The notes beneath the pieces were generated by a model, which did no database searches, was not told where the DNA came from, and saw nothing but the letters and a program-made list of their open reading frames with translations. Source: a virus (lineage: Duplodnaviria > Caudoviricetes). From it: 49,812 bases of DNA. Made by a program: the position numbers and the translations under genes. Shown here piece by piece: positions 8,357-15,324 of the stretch (its first letter is position 1; every line of letters begins with the position of its first letter). The stretch lies in IMG/VR virus record IMGVR_UViG_3300018476_000001, positions 1-49,812 of that record; one strand, given 5' to 3'.

Positions 8357-8389
8357 AACCTTGCCATCACTTAGTGTATCCCAGGTAGG

Positions 8390-8647
8390 TCATTGGGGGT
8401 TCCGATCCGAGGTTTCGGGCGATGCGCTCGCTTCGCTCCCGCCGCTCTGGCTTGCTCCGCACTCAGCCTCGCTGCGCGAGTCTTCGCCCTTCGGGAGCCT
8501 GCTGCTATCGCGAAGGCACGACCACAGGAGCCCGAGCGCGCCCAGAATAAGCAACGCCGCAGCTAGGTGCTCCCCGTCAAACAGGCTGGTCACGCCCAGC
8601 GCCGCGCTCACTCCAGAGCCGAACAAGTTCCAGTCGCGAAGGCTCAT
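8390..8647 (-). CDS. Small membrane protein; C-terminus encoded by E8
   Basis: Hydrophobic segments; AAGGAG RBS. Confidence 0.7.
   Translation of the reverse strand: MSLRDWNLFGSGVSAALGVTSLFDGEHLAAALLILGALGLLWSCLRDSSRLPKGEDSRSEAECGASQSGGSEASASPETSDRNPQ
8417..8512 (+). repeat. Structured element E8 (A)
   Basis: gggcgatgc...cagcctcgctgcgcgagtcttc...cccttcggg...ctatcgcg. Confidence 0.85.
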
Positions 8648-8659
8648 ATAACGGCTCCT

Positions 8660-9148
8660 TTATGTGCGGGCGGGTAGCGGGTCTGGTTCGGGCGCGATGA
8701 CGACGCCCCCGGCGCCAATCTCTGTCGCGCCCGCGCTCCCGCCCGCGTTCGGTTTCAGCTTCACTCGCCCGACTTCCTGAAGGACGATGAAGGTGGACTC
8801 GGGGAAGGCGACCAACAGGCGCGCTGCCTCTGCCTCGGCCGCTTCGCGCGTCTTGTGGCGGAAGCTCGGCATCCGCTTACCGCCAGCTTTCTTGCTGAGC
8901 CCTCCCCTGCCGTGTGGCAGGCGCCGGTAGAGAAGGAACGAGCCGTCTTCCCACACCTTCGCCTCGGGAGCGTAGCGGTCGCGTTCGCGAAGAATGGCGT
9001 AGCGGGCGAACCGGAGGGCCACCAAGGTCTCTTCGCTGGAGAGACCGGCCGCAGCGCCCTGCAAGAGGTCGTCAAGTACCCTTAGCGCGCCGTTGTGGGC
9101 CGATCCGGGGTGGCCAACGGGGGCGATAGTGTCGAGGGCGTCAGGCAT
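8660..9148 (-). CDS. Hypothetical phage protein
   Basis: 162-aa ORF; HKTREAAEAEAARL...F.VL motif. Confidence 0.75.
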   Translation of the reverse strand: MPDALDTIAPVGHPGSAHNGALRVLDDLLQGAAAGLSSEETLVALRFARYAILRERDRYAPEAKVWEDGSFLLYRRLPHGRGGLSKKAGGKRMPSFRHKTREAAEAEAARLLVAFPESTFIVLQEVGRVKLKPNAGGSAGATEIGAGGVVIAPEPDPLPART

Positions 9149-9151
9149 CGT

Positions 9152-9325
9152 TCAAGCTCCTGCGAAGGCCGCGCACGCGGCGAAGAGGAAGAGGAAGAGC
9201 GCGGCGACCGCGTAGGGCTCCGCGATAGTTGACAGTCGGCCGAAGGCTGGAGACCGCTTGCGGGCTCCACTCGCGACTGGCGACGGTGCCGAAGGCAATC
9301 GCCCAAAAGGAAGCTCAGCCATCAT
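9152..9325 (-). CDS. Small membrane protein (57 aa); N-terminus encoded by E9
   Basis: MMAELPFGRLPSAP...TIAEPYAVAALFLFLFAACAAFAGA. Confidence 0.55.
   Translation of the reverse strand: MMAELPFGRLPSAPSPVASGARKRSPAFGRLSTIAEPYAVAALFLFLFAACAAFAGA
9221..9304 (+). repeat. Structured element E9 (B)
   Basis: cgcgatag; CAGTCG/CGACTG stem; tggagAccgc-tt-gcggGctcca; tgccgaaggcaatcgccc. Confidence 0.9.
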
Positions 9326-9396
9326 TCAAGCTCCAGAAAACAGGGGCAGGAGGATCGCAAGGACAAGAGCCTCGCCCGCGATAGTGAGGAGGAGCT

Positions 9397-9666
9397 TCAC
9401 AGCGATTCCACCTCCCCAAGCTCAAAGGATATGTCCCGCACCTTGTCGTACAGCCCATCGACTTCCGTCAGATCGTGCATCGCATTGACGAGGATCTTCC
9501 CCGCCTGGCTGGCGAACAGGTTCTCGCGAGACGCTTCCGCTCGAGCCGCCATTGCCGCGTTGATCACCGCGTCCAGTTTGACGAGCTGATCGGATGCCTC
9601 AAGGACCACCGGGCCTATCGTGCGCGCGCCCACAGCATTGCCGCCGCGATCTCTCCACGCGGTCAT
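9397..9666 (-). CDS. Hypothetical protein
   Basis: ATGA-coupled ORF in the left operon. Confidence 0.65.
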   Translation of the reverse strand: MTAWRDRGGNAVGARTIGPVVLEASDQLVKLDAVINAAMAARAEASRENLFASQAGKILVNAMHDLTEVDGLYDKVRDISFELGEVESL

Positions 9667-9923
9667 TTCGGTTGCTCCTCAAGGATGGCCCGGACCTCTA
9701 GGCCGAGAGGGGAGGGGTAAGCCTGTCGGAACAAGCCGCCCTCTGCCCTTGGGTCGATCAGTTCGCTTGGCAGGCCTTCGAACGCGGCGACGTTGAGCCG
9801 TCCGTTCGAGAAGCACAGCAACGACAAGTCTGATTGCTGCCCAGCAGTCAGCTTCCCGGTTATCTCCCGCGCGTTCATGGCTGCCCCGGTCCATGCTTCG
9901 CCGTCTTTGTTTGTGTCGGTCAT
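9663..9923 (-). CDS. Hypothetical protein
   Basis: ATGA-coupled ORF. Confidence 0.65.
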   Translation of the reverse strand: MTDTNKDGEAWTGAAMNAREITGKLTAGQQSDLSLLCFSNGRLNVAAFEGLPSELIDPRAEGGLFRQAYPSPLGLEVRAILEEQPK

Positions 9924-10372
9924 GGGTTTGATCCGGTTGGGTTTTCAGGGCTGGGCGCATCGGCGTTGCCGACCGCGCTCTCGTCTTCGACGGCACCCGT
10001 TCCGGTTGCCGCCCTGCGGGCTTCGATCGCTTGCGCGGCGCGAGTGTGCACCTCCCGCAAATCCGCCTCGGCGGCTGCTAGCCAGCCGCCACCGTGGCGG
10101 AACCAATGCCCGAGGAAGCGGTGAAGAAAGAACGCCTGCTCGGCTTCCGCCCTAGTCGGGATGTCGAACCCTGCGGCCCGGTAGACCTGCGCGAACTTGA
10201 TGAACGTGAAGCACTGGCGACCGAGAATGTCGGCCAGATCAGGCGTCAATTCGTCGGGCCACGCCGCGTTAGGGATGCCACTCTGCGAAGACCCGCCGCT
10301 TGGCGGGGCTGAGGCCGAAGGCTGGCAGCCCGACGGCGCGTCAGCGCCGGAACGCCCAACATCGCGGCTCAT
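9920..10372 (-). CDS. Hypothetical protein; core paralogous to 1335..1817, N-terminus near-identical to 48408..48860
   Basis: Direct sequence comparison. Confidence 0.85.
   Translation of the reverse strand: MSRDVGRSGADAPSGCQPSASAPPSGGSSQSGIPNAAWPDELTPDLADILGRQCFTFIKFAQVYRAAGFDIPTRAEAEQAFFLHRFLGHWFRHGGGWLAAAEADLREVHTRAAQAIEARRAATGTGAVEDESAVGNADAPSPENPTGSNP
9953..10037 (+). repeat. Structured element E10 (A)
   Basis: Central hairpin with compensatory changes (reverse strand cggcaAccg-gaa-cggGtgccg); ends gcttcgatcgcttgcgcg. Confidence 0.88.
10265..10357 (+). repeat. Structured element E11 (B), near-identical to E17
   Basis: cgcgttagggatgccactctgcgaagac...ggaacgccc. Confidence 0.92.
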
Positions 10373-10557
10373 ACCAACCCACCTTCACGAGCAAGACGGG
10401 AGGCGAGTTCACGCCTGACATCTTCGCCGCACGCGCAGTCGCAGATCGAGTAACTGGTCGAGACATTTTCGCCGGTCCAAATGCCGCCGTGCGATGTCTC
10501 CGCGTATCCGCTGTCGCCACAGCGTGGGCACGTTTCGTCTGCGATAGAGGGGGTCAT
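10369..10557 (-). CDS. Small Zn-finger protein
   Basis: CPRCGDSG...CDCACG. Confidence 0.65.
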   Translation of the reverse strand: MTPSIADETCPRCGDSGYAETSHGGIWTGENVSTSYSICDCACGEDVRRELASRLAREGGLV

Positions 10558-11042
10558 GCCGACACCCCGCGGGCCTTGGCGAGTGCGGCTAGCGCGCTTT
10601 CCCACGCATCTATGCAGCCGCTGTCGCCTGCGAAGTGATCGAACGCCGCCTCCATCGTTTTTGCTCGCGAGAGCGGCTTTTCGATTGCGGCCCCGTAGGC
10701 AATGAACATTTCGGCCAGATCGGCCACCGCCTCTGCGAGTTCAGGTGCGGCGGCGATAAGGTGAGCGTTGGCTTCGGCCGTCGGATCGTCTTCGTCGTCG
10801 AATAGGACCTCGGCAATGAACGTGTCGGGTGCGAACACGCCTCGCGACAGACAGCCGCCCATCGGCTCAAGAGTCTCCCCGAGTTTCCACGGCCCCTTCG
10901 TCCACCTTGCGCCAGTCGATGCCGACCCGGAGGGCGGAGACGCGTCAGCGGCTCCGTGCATCGCATCGGCAGCGCGGTCGTCGGCGTCAGCCGACGAGGC
11001 GCCCAACTCTTCCTCGAAATCTCCGTAACCTTCTGACATCAC
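10554..11042 (-). CDS. Phage hypothetical protein (TxGPW...ANAxLIAAAP family); N-terminus encoded by E12
   Basis: WTKGPW and EANAHLIAAAPEL motifs. Confidence 0.75.
   Translation of the reverse strand: MMSEGYGDFEEELGASSADADDRAADAMHGAADASPPSGSASTGARWTKGPWKLGETLEPMGGCLSRGVFAPDTFIAEVLFDDEDDPTAEANAHLIAAAPELAEAVADLAEMFIAYGAAIEKPLSRAKTMEAAFDHFAGDSGCIDAWESALAALAKARGVSA
10909..11004 (+). repeat. Structured element E12 (B)
   Basis: TGCCGA/TCGGCA stem closing three hairpins; cggagAcgc-gtca-gcgGctccg. Confidence 0.9.
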
Positions 11043-11072
11043 TCACATTCCTTCACGTCTGTCCTCGGGGAG

Positions 11073-11372
11073 TCAGGCGGCTTGCCCTTGTTCGCGCGCG
11101 TCTTCGTCGATCTCGTCGATGAAGGCCTTGGGGAATGTGCCCGCCTCGGCTTGAGCGCGCAGCTCGGGGACGGTGGGAACCGGCGGAAGTTCAGCGGTGA
11201 TCCAGTAAGTCGCGGCGGGCAGATGTCCGGCCTCGAGGTGCCAGCCGATCGCCGCGCTCATCGCGTCGGTGTGGTCCTTCGCGTCGAAGTCATCCGGCCC
11301 GACGCAAGTCAGGTGGCCGTCAAGAGCCTGCACGACGGCGAAGCGGATTGTATTGGGTGCGTCGGTTGCCAT
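11073..11372 (-). CDS. Hypothetical protein
   Basis: 99-aa ORF with GGAG RBS. Confidence 0.7.
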   Translation of the reverse strand: MATDAPNTIRFAVVQALDGHLTCVGPDDFDAKDHTDAMSAAIGWHLEAGHLPAATYWITAELPPVPTVPELRAQAEAGTFPKAFIDEIDEDAREQGQAA

Positions 11373-11443
11373 CGGTCAGCTCCATCTATGTCTAAGCTCA
11401 TCCTCGCCGTGGCACCGGGGGAGGGCGCCACAGTCCGGGGAGG

Positions 11444-11683
11444 CTAGGCGAGCCCGAGGGCGGCTTTGTAGGTTTCGAGGAGCGCTTCGCTTTCCTGCCG
11501 ATCATGAGTTTCCATGCGGCGGAGGCGGACGATGGCGCGGATGGTGGGCGCGTCGTAGCCGCGAGCTTTCGCCTCGCCATACACGTCCTTGATATCGTCG
11601 GAGATCGCCTTCTTCTCCTCCTCAAGGCGCTCGATGCGCTCGATGAGGAGGCGGAGTTCGTCGGCGGCTACGGTGTCGGTCAT
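11444..11683 (-). CDS. gapR: GapR / DUF2312 nucleoid-associated protein homolog
   Basis: ADELRLLIERIERLEEEKKAISDDIKDVYGEAKARGYD...LLETYKAALG. Confidence 0.92.
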   Translation of the reverse strand: MTDTVAADELRLLIERIERLEEEKKAISDDIKDVYGEAKARGYDAPTIRAIVRLRRMETHDRQESEALLETYKAALGLA

Positions 11684-11709
11684 CGGTCGGCTCCTATGTC
11701 GATAGAGCC

Positions 11710-11761
11710 GTTGTACACCTTACAACAGAGCGGTCAAGCGGAAAGTTGTGTGTCTTACAAC
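11710..11761 (-). promoter_or_regulatory. PL promoter with two 17-bp operators
   Basis: GTTGTACACCTTACAAC (11710-11726) and GTTGTGTGTCTTACAAC (11745-11761); TTGACC -35 on the minus strand between them. Confidence 0.8.
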
Positions 11762-11789
11762 TTTCTTGCGTGGGGGACTAGGCGGGCGC

Positions 11790-12101
11790 TCAGCCTGTCC
11801 TTACGAGCGCCGCCGCAACCTCGGTAATCTGTCGGCGCACTCCAGGTTTCGCCTGATCCCAGATCGACCAGATGCCTTCAGGGTCGGCCGGGTCCCGCAT
11901 CAACAGGCTCGCCGGCTCCGTGCCCAGCGCCTCGGCAAGCCGTTCTAGCATCTCCTGATTATAGGGCAAAAGGCTCCGCTCGACCCGGCTCAGATTGCCC
12001 TTGTCCATGGGCACCTTAGCCGCGAGCTGCTCCAGTGACATATGTTTGGCCGTGCGCCATGCGCGGATGAAGTTTGGTCCGAATCGCGGTTGCTTTGGCA
12101 T
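11790..12101 (-). CDS. CI-like XRE-HTH repressor (no peptidase domain)
   Basis: IRAWRTAKHMSLEQLAAKVPMDKGNLSRVER; divergent from the cro-like gene. Confidence 0.85.
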   Translation of the reverse strand: MPKQPRFGPNFIRAWRTAKHMSLEQLAAKVPMDKGNLSRVERSLLPYNQEMLERLAEALGTEPASLLMRDPADPEGIWSIWDQAKPGVRRQITEVAAALVRTG

Positions 12102-12123
12102 GGCCCATCGTCGGCCAAAAGCG

Positions 12124-12186
12124 TACAACGAACGAGCCCCGGCCGTACAACCGGCGCTTGACGAGGGCCGTTGTATCACTTACAAC
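12124..12186 (+). promoter_or_regulatory. PR promoter and operator
   Basis: TTGACG 12158; operator GTTGTATCACTTACAAC 12170-12186; TACAAC half-sites at 12124 and 12146. Confidence 0.8.
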
Positions 12187-12193
12187 CTCTGCC

Positions 12194-12412
12194 ATGGACC
12201 CCAAACAGCTCCTGCGCGACTATCTCCGCGGCCGGGAAATCGCTCCTGCGGTATTCGCCCGCCAGCTCGATTACGACAAAGGCAACTTTCATCGGCTTCT
12301 CAACAGCGATGATGCGTGGCCGTCGCTGGAGCTGGCGTTCCTGATCGACCAGGAAACCGGCGGCGCCGTTCCAATGGCCGCGTGGGCGGAAGCCAAGGCG
12401 AGGGCCGCATAA
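12194..12412 (+). CDS. Cro-like HTH protein
   Basis: LRDYL...FARQLDYDKGNFHRLL...PSLELA..I...TGGAV. Confidence 0.85.
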   Translation: MDPKQLLRDYLRGREIAPAVFARQLDYDKGNFHRLLNSDDAWPSLELAFLIDQETGGAVPMAAWAEAKARAA

Positions 12413-12558
12413 TGGCCACCCTCTCTCGCCAGCCGACGGAAATCGAAATCCGTCATTGGCTGATCCTCACCCGCTGCCGCATCTCCATGGCACACACGCC
12501 GCTCGATCCGACGCGGCTGATGAAGGCGCACAACGACAACCGAGGCGACGTCGCATGA
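12412..12558 (+). CDS. Small hypothetical protein
   Basis: Overlap-coupled between cro and the methylase. Confidence 0.5.
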   Translation: MATLSRQPTEIEIRHWLILTRCRISMAHTPLDPTRLMKAHNDNRGDVA

Positions 12559-13214
12559 CCGGCATGGGCCTCACCCTTCCCCCCGGTCCCTTCGGCTGCA
12601 TCCTCGCGGACCCGCCCTGGCGCTTCGCCACGTTCAGCGCGAAGGGGCGCGGACGCTGTCCGGACGGCCCGATCTCGCCGACGGCCACCCGCAACCTGCA
12701 GCGACAGAACCGCCCGGAGCGGCACTATCCGACGATGACCTTGGCCGAAATTCAGGCGCTTCCCGTTGCACGGCTCGCCGCCAAGGACTGCGTCCTCCTG
12801 ATGTGGGCAACGGACCCGCTGTTGCCGCAAGCCCTGCAGGTCGGTGCCGCCTGGGGCTTCACGTACAAGACGACCGGCTTCATCTGGGCAAAGGAGCGCC
12901 GCGTCACCAGCCGCCGGGGCGACGCCTTCTCCGATCCCGACGAGAAGCGCTTCCCGATGGGCACCGGCTACTGGACGCGCTCGAATCCCGAGCTGTGCCT
13001 GTTGTTCACCCGCGGCGCCCCAAGGCGCCTCTCCGCTGCAGTCCGCAAGCTTCTGATCGCCCCTCGCCGCGAGCACAGTCGGAAGCCCGACGAACAGTAC
13101 GAGCGGATCGAGGCGCTTGTCGGCGGACCCTATCTCGAGCTTTTCGCCCGCGCTCCTCGTGAAGGCTGGGCCGCATGGGGCAATGAGACCTCCAAATTCG
13201 CGGAGGCCGCATAG
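12555..13214 (+). CDS. MT-A70 family N6-adenine DNA methyltransferase
   Basis: ILADPPW, HYPTM, GTGYWTRSNPE, HSRKP, YLELFAR, WGNE. Confidence 0.92.
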   Translation: MTGMGLTLPPGPFGCILADPPWRFATFSAKGRGRCPDGPISPTATRNLQRQNRPERHYPTMTLAEIQALPVARLAAKDCVLLMWATDPLLPQALQVGAAWGFTYKTTGFIWAKERRVTSRRGDAFSDPDEKRFPMGTGYWTRSNPELCLLFTRGAPRRLSAAVRKLLIAPRREHSRKPDEQYERIEALVGGPYLELFARAPREGWAAWGNETSKFAEAA

Positions 13215-13550
13215 ATGTCGATGGGCCTCACCCCCCGGATGCGCAAGCTGCTGGTCTATATACAGGCGAGGGAGCTTTGCCCGAGCTTCGAGGAAATGCG
13301 GGCCGCGCTCGGCCTGTCGTCCAAGTGCCTCGTCTCCCGGGCGCTCGAGGATCTGGAGCGGGGGGGCTATATCCGGCGCCTGCCGAACCGGGCTCGCGCA
13401 ATTGAGGTGCTGATTCCGGCCGATAAGGCGCCCGTCGCTCGCCATCCCGACATCGCCCACTTGCCGATCTACCGCCCGCTTCGTTGGCGGCCAGAACTGC
13501 CAGCCCTCTCCGACTATGATCGTAGAGCCCTTGTTAGGAGGGGTGGGTAG
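13215..13550 (+). CDS. LexA DNA-binding-domain-only protein
   Basis: LTPR...PSFEEMRAALGLSSK...LERGGYIRRLPNRARAIEV; no peptidase domain. Confidence 0.85.
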   Translation: MSMGLTPRMRKLLVYIQARELCPSFEEMRAALGLSSKCLVSRALEDLERGGYIRRLPNRARAIEVLIPADKAPVARHPDIAHLPIYRPLRWRPELPALSDYDRRALVRRGG

Positions 13551-13553
13551 GCC

Positions 13554-14228
13554 ATGGAGGCTGGGCGCATCCCCTTCGGGGACCGGGCTGGCGGTCCTGC
13601 GGACCCGAGCCGCCAAGGCGTCTCGGCCGAAGGCGCTCATCCCTTGCGCGACGATAGCCGGTGGTCGCTTGACGAGGCAGTCGCCCTCTGCCGCGAGATA
13701 GAGGCCATCTGCCCTGGCTACGGCTGCCACGTCGCGCTGACCGGCGGCACGCTCTACAAGGACGGGCGCCGCAAGGATTGCGACCTTCTCTTCTACCGCA
13801 TCCGCCAGTCGCCGCAGATCGACGAGGATGGCCTGTTTGCCGCGCTGGCGTTGATCGGCGTCACCAAGACGGGTGGCTACGGCTGGTGCCACAAAGCCGA
13901 GTATCGCGGGAAGGCTATCGACTGCTTTTTCCCGGAAGAGGACGGCGAGTATCCGACTGAGGAAGAGGTCGATTTCACGCCGGAAGATGTCGCGTGGGCG
14001 CTCAGCGATAGTGCGATTGAAGCGCGAAGCGGCGAGACGCTTGCGGCTCGATCCGAAGGACGAAAGCGCCGGTTCCGCGAAGCGGAAATCGCCCAGAATA
14101 TCCCGGATCAACTCCCCGATTCGAACGAACCGACACCGTCGCTCTACACCCAGGGATGCAACTGCAATCCGGTGCCGGTCCTCGATTCCTCCCTTCATGA
14201 AGCCGCACATCGCATCGAAAGGCGCTAA
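13554..14228 (+). CDS. Putative minimal nucleotidyltransferase-fold protein flanked by E13/E14-encoded peptides
   Basis: ALTGGTLYKDGRRKDCDLL fits hG[GS]x9-13DxD. Confidence 0.55.
   Translation: MEAGRIPFGDRAGGPADPSRQGVSAEGAHPLRDDSRWSLDEAVALCREIEAICPGYGCHVALTGGTLYKDGRRKDCDLLFYRIRQSPQIDEDGLFAALALIGVTKTGGYGWCHKAEYRGKAIDCFFPEEDGEYPTEEEVDFTPEDVAWALSDSAIEARSGETLAARSEGRKRRFREAEIAQNIPDQLPDSNEPTPSLYTQGCNCNPVPVLDSSLHEAAHRIERR
13563..13650 (+). repeat. Structured element E13 (A)
   Basis: gggcgcatccccttcgggga...ccgagccgccaaggcgtctcgg...atcccttgcgcg. Confidence 0.9.
14006..14094 (+). repeat. Structured element E14 (B)
   Basis: gcgattgaagcgcgaagcg-gcgagAcgc-tt-gcgGctcg-atccgaaggacgaaagc...aatcgccc. Confidence 0.9.
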
Positions 14229-14233
14229 AGATC

Positions 14234-14656
14234 ATGCATGACGAATCTGAGATCGTTGGCATCATTCGCTACCGGCAGAAGAAGATGCGGGAGGCTATCG
14301 ACAAGCGGGGCCTGTTGATGAAGGCGGTCGCGGAGGACAGCGGCATTCCCTACACTACGCTGCTGACTTACTTTCCTGCCGATGACAAGAAGACGCCGGT
14401 TCAGATTCCCGGCTCCGTAATCTTCGCGCTCACCGGCCACTTGCCCGCCGACATCATGTCGCTCCTGCTCCCGGTTGGGCATGTCATCGTCAAGGCGCCC
14501 GAGGAAGTAGACCATGACGAAATCGCCGAATGTCTCCACGACTACCTACACGAAAAAGAGAAGGCGCACCATCCTTTAAGCGAGGACGGCCGCGAAATCG
14601 GGCCGGGCGAGGACAATGTTCTGCGGGGCAAGTTCGCGCGGGTGAGGGCGGTATGA
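14234..14656 (+). CDS. Hypothetical, possibly HTH/CII-like regulator
   Basis: VAEDSGIPYTTLLTYF HTH-like segment. Confidence 0.65.
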   Translation: MHDESEIVGIIRYRQKKMREAIDKRGLLMKAVAEDSGIPYTTLLTYFPADDKKTPVQIPGSVIFALTGHLPADIMSLLLPVGHVIVKAPEEVDHDEIAECLHDYLHEKEKAHHPLSEDGREIGPGEDNVLRGKFARVRAV

Positions 14657-14877
14657 AGTACGTCCCCCTCGAACAGCGCCCGCCGGCCGCACAGCGCGAG
14701 TTCCTGATCTTCTATGCGCGCGTCAACCTCAGGGAAGCGCGGGCTCGGCGGATCGGCGGCGATCGGGCTTTCGCGTCGATGCTGCTGGGCTGGGCTCAGC
14801 GGGCACGCCTGAAGGCTGCTGCAATTTGTCCCGCGCAAGGCTCACTGTTCCACGTGAAAGGGAGGGCGGCGGCATGA
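14653..14877 (+). CDS. Hypothetical protein
   Basis: ATGA-coupled, MKYVPLEQR. Confidence 0.65.
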   Translation: MKYVPLEQRPPAAQREFLIFYARVNLREARARRIGGDRAFASMLLGWAQRARLKAAAICPAQGSLFHVKGRAAA

Positions 14878-15155
14878 CCAAGCCCCTCTCCGCGACGATG
14901 GTAGCGTGCATCGACTGCGCGCAAGAGGCCGGCGGTGAGCTGGTCCGCTATCAGGGCGGCTATTGGGCTGATCGCGGAGGCGGCCATCCCATGACGAACC
15001 GGCGCGAGTTTCACAGTACGCCGACGGTTCAGGCGCTCGTCACGCGCGGATACGCCGAGTATTCCGAGCATCGCGACGGCCGAAACGAGGCGTTCCCAAT
15101 AGCCATGCGCCTTACGCCTCTGTGCGAGGCCATCATTGTCGTGAGGGCAGCATGA
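14874..15155 (+). CDS. Hypothetical protein
   Basis: ATGA-coupled, MTKPLSATM. Confidence 0.65.
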   Translation: MTKPLSATMVACIDCAQEAGGELVRYQGGYWADRGGGHPMTNRREFHSTPTVQALVTRGYAEYSEHRDGRNEAFPIAMRLTPLCEAIIVVRAA

Positions 15156-15322
15156 CCCGCCGCGACGACACCCCGCCCGGCGGCTGGATAGGCCCCTCCA
15201 CGACCGGATGGCCCGACCTTATCGAGCATGATCCTCCTGCCCAGCATCGGACCTCCCTCGCCCACGCTGTCCGGGGAGACGGGAAGGGCGGGTGGATTTG
15301 GGGGAAGGGGCCGACGCCGTGA
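15152..15322 (+). CDS. Small hypothetical protein
   Basis: ATGA-coupled, MTRRDDTP. Confidence 0.5.
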   Translation: MTRRDDTPPGGWIGPSTTGWPDLIEHDPPAQHRTSLAHAVRGDGKGGWIWGKGPTP

Positions 15323-15324
15323 GC

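Noticed and set aside
12074-12193. Extended N-termini of cI (12179) and cro (12074) in the ORF track
   Set aside because: They overlap the operator/promoter region; starts at 12101 and 12194 fit the HTH domains better.
14040-14070. Hammerhead ribozyme resemblance (hairpin followed by GAAA)
   Set aside because: No CUGANGA core, and GAAA is not conserved across copies.
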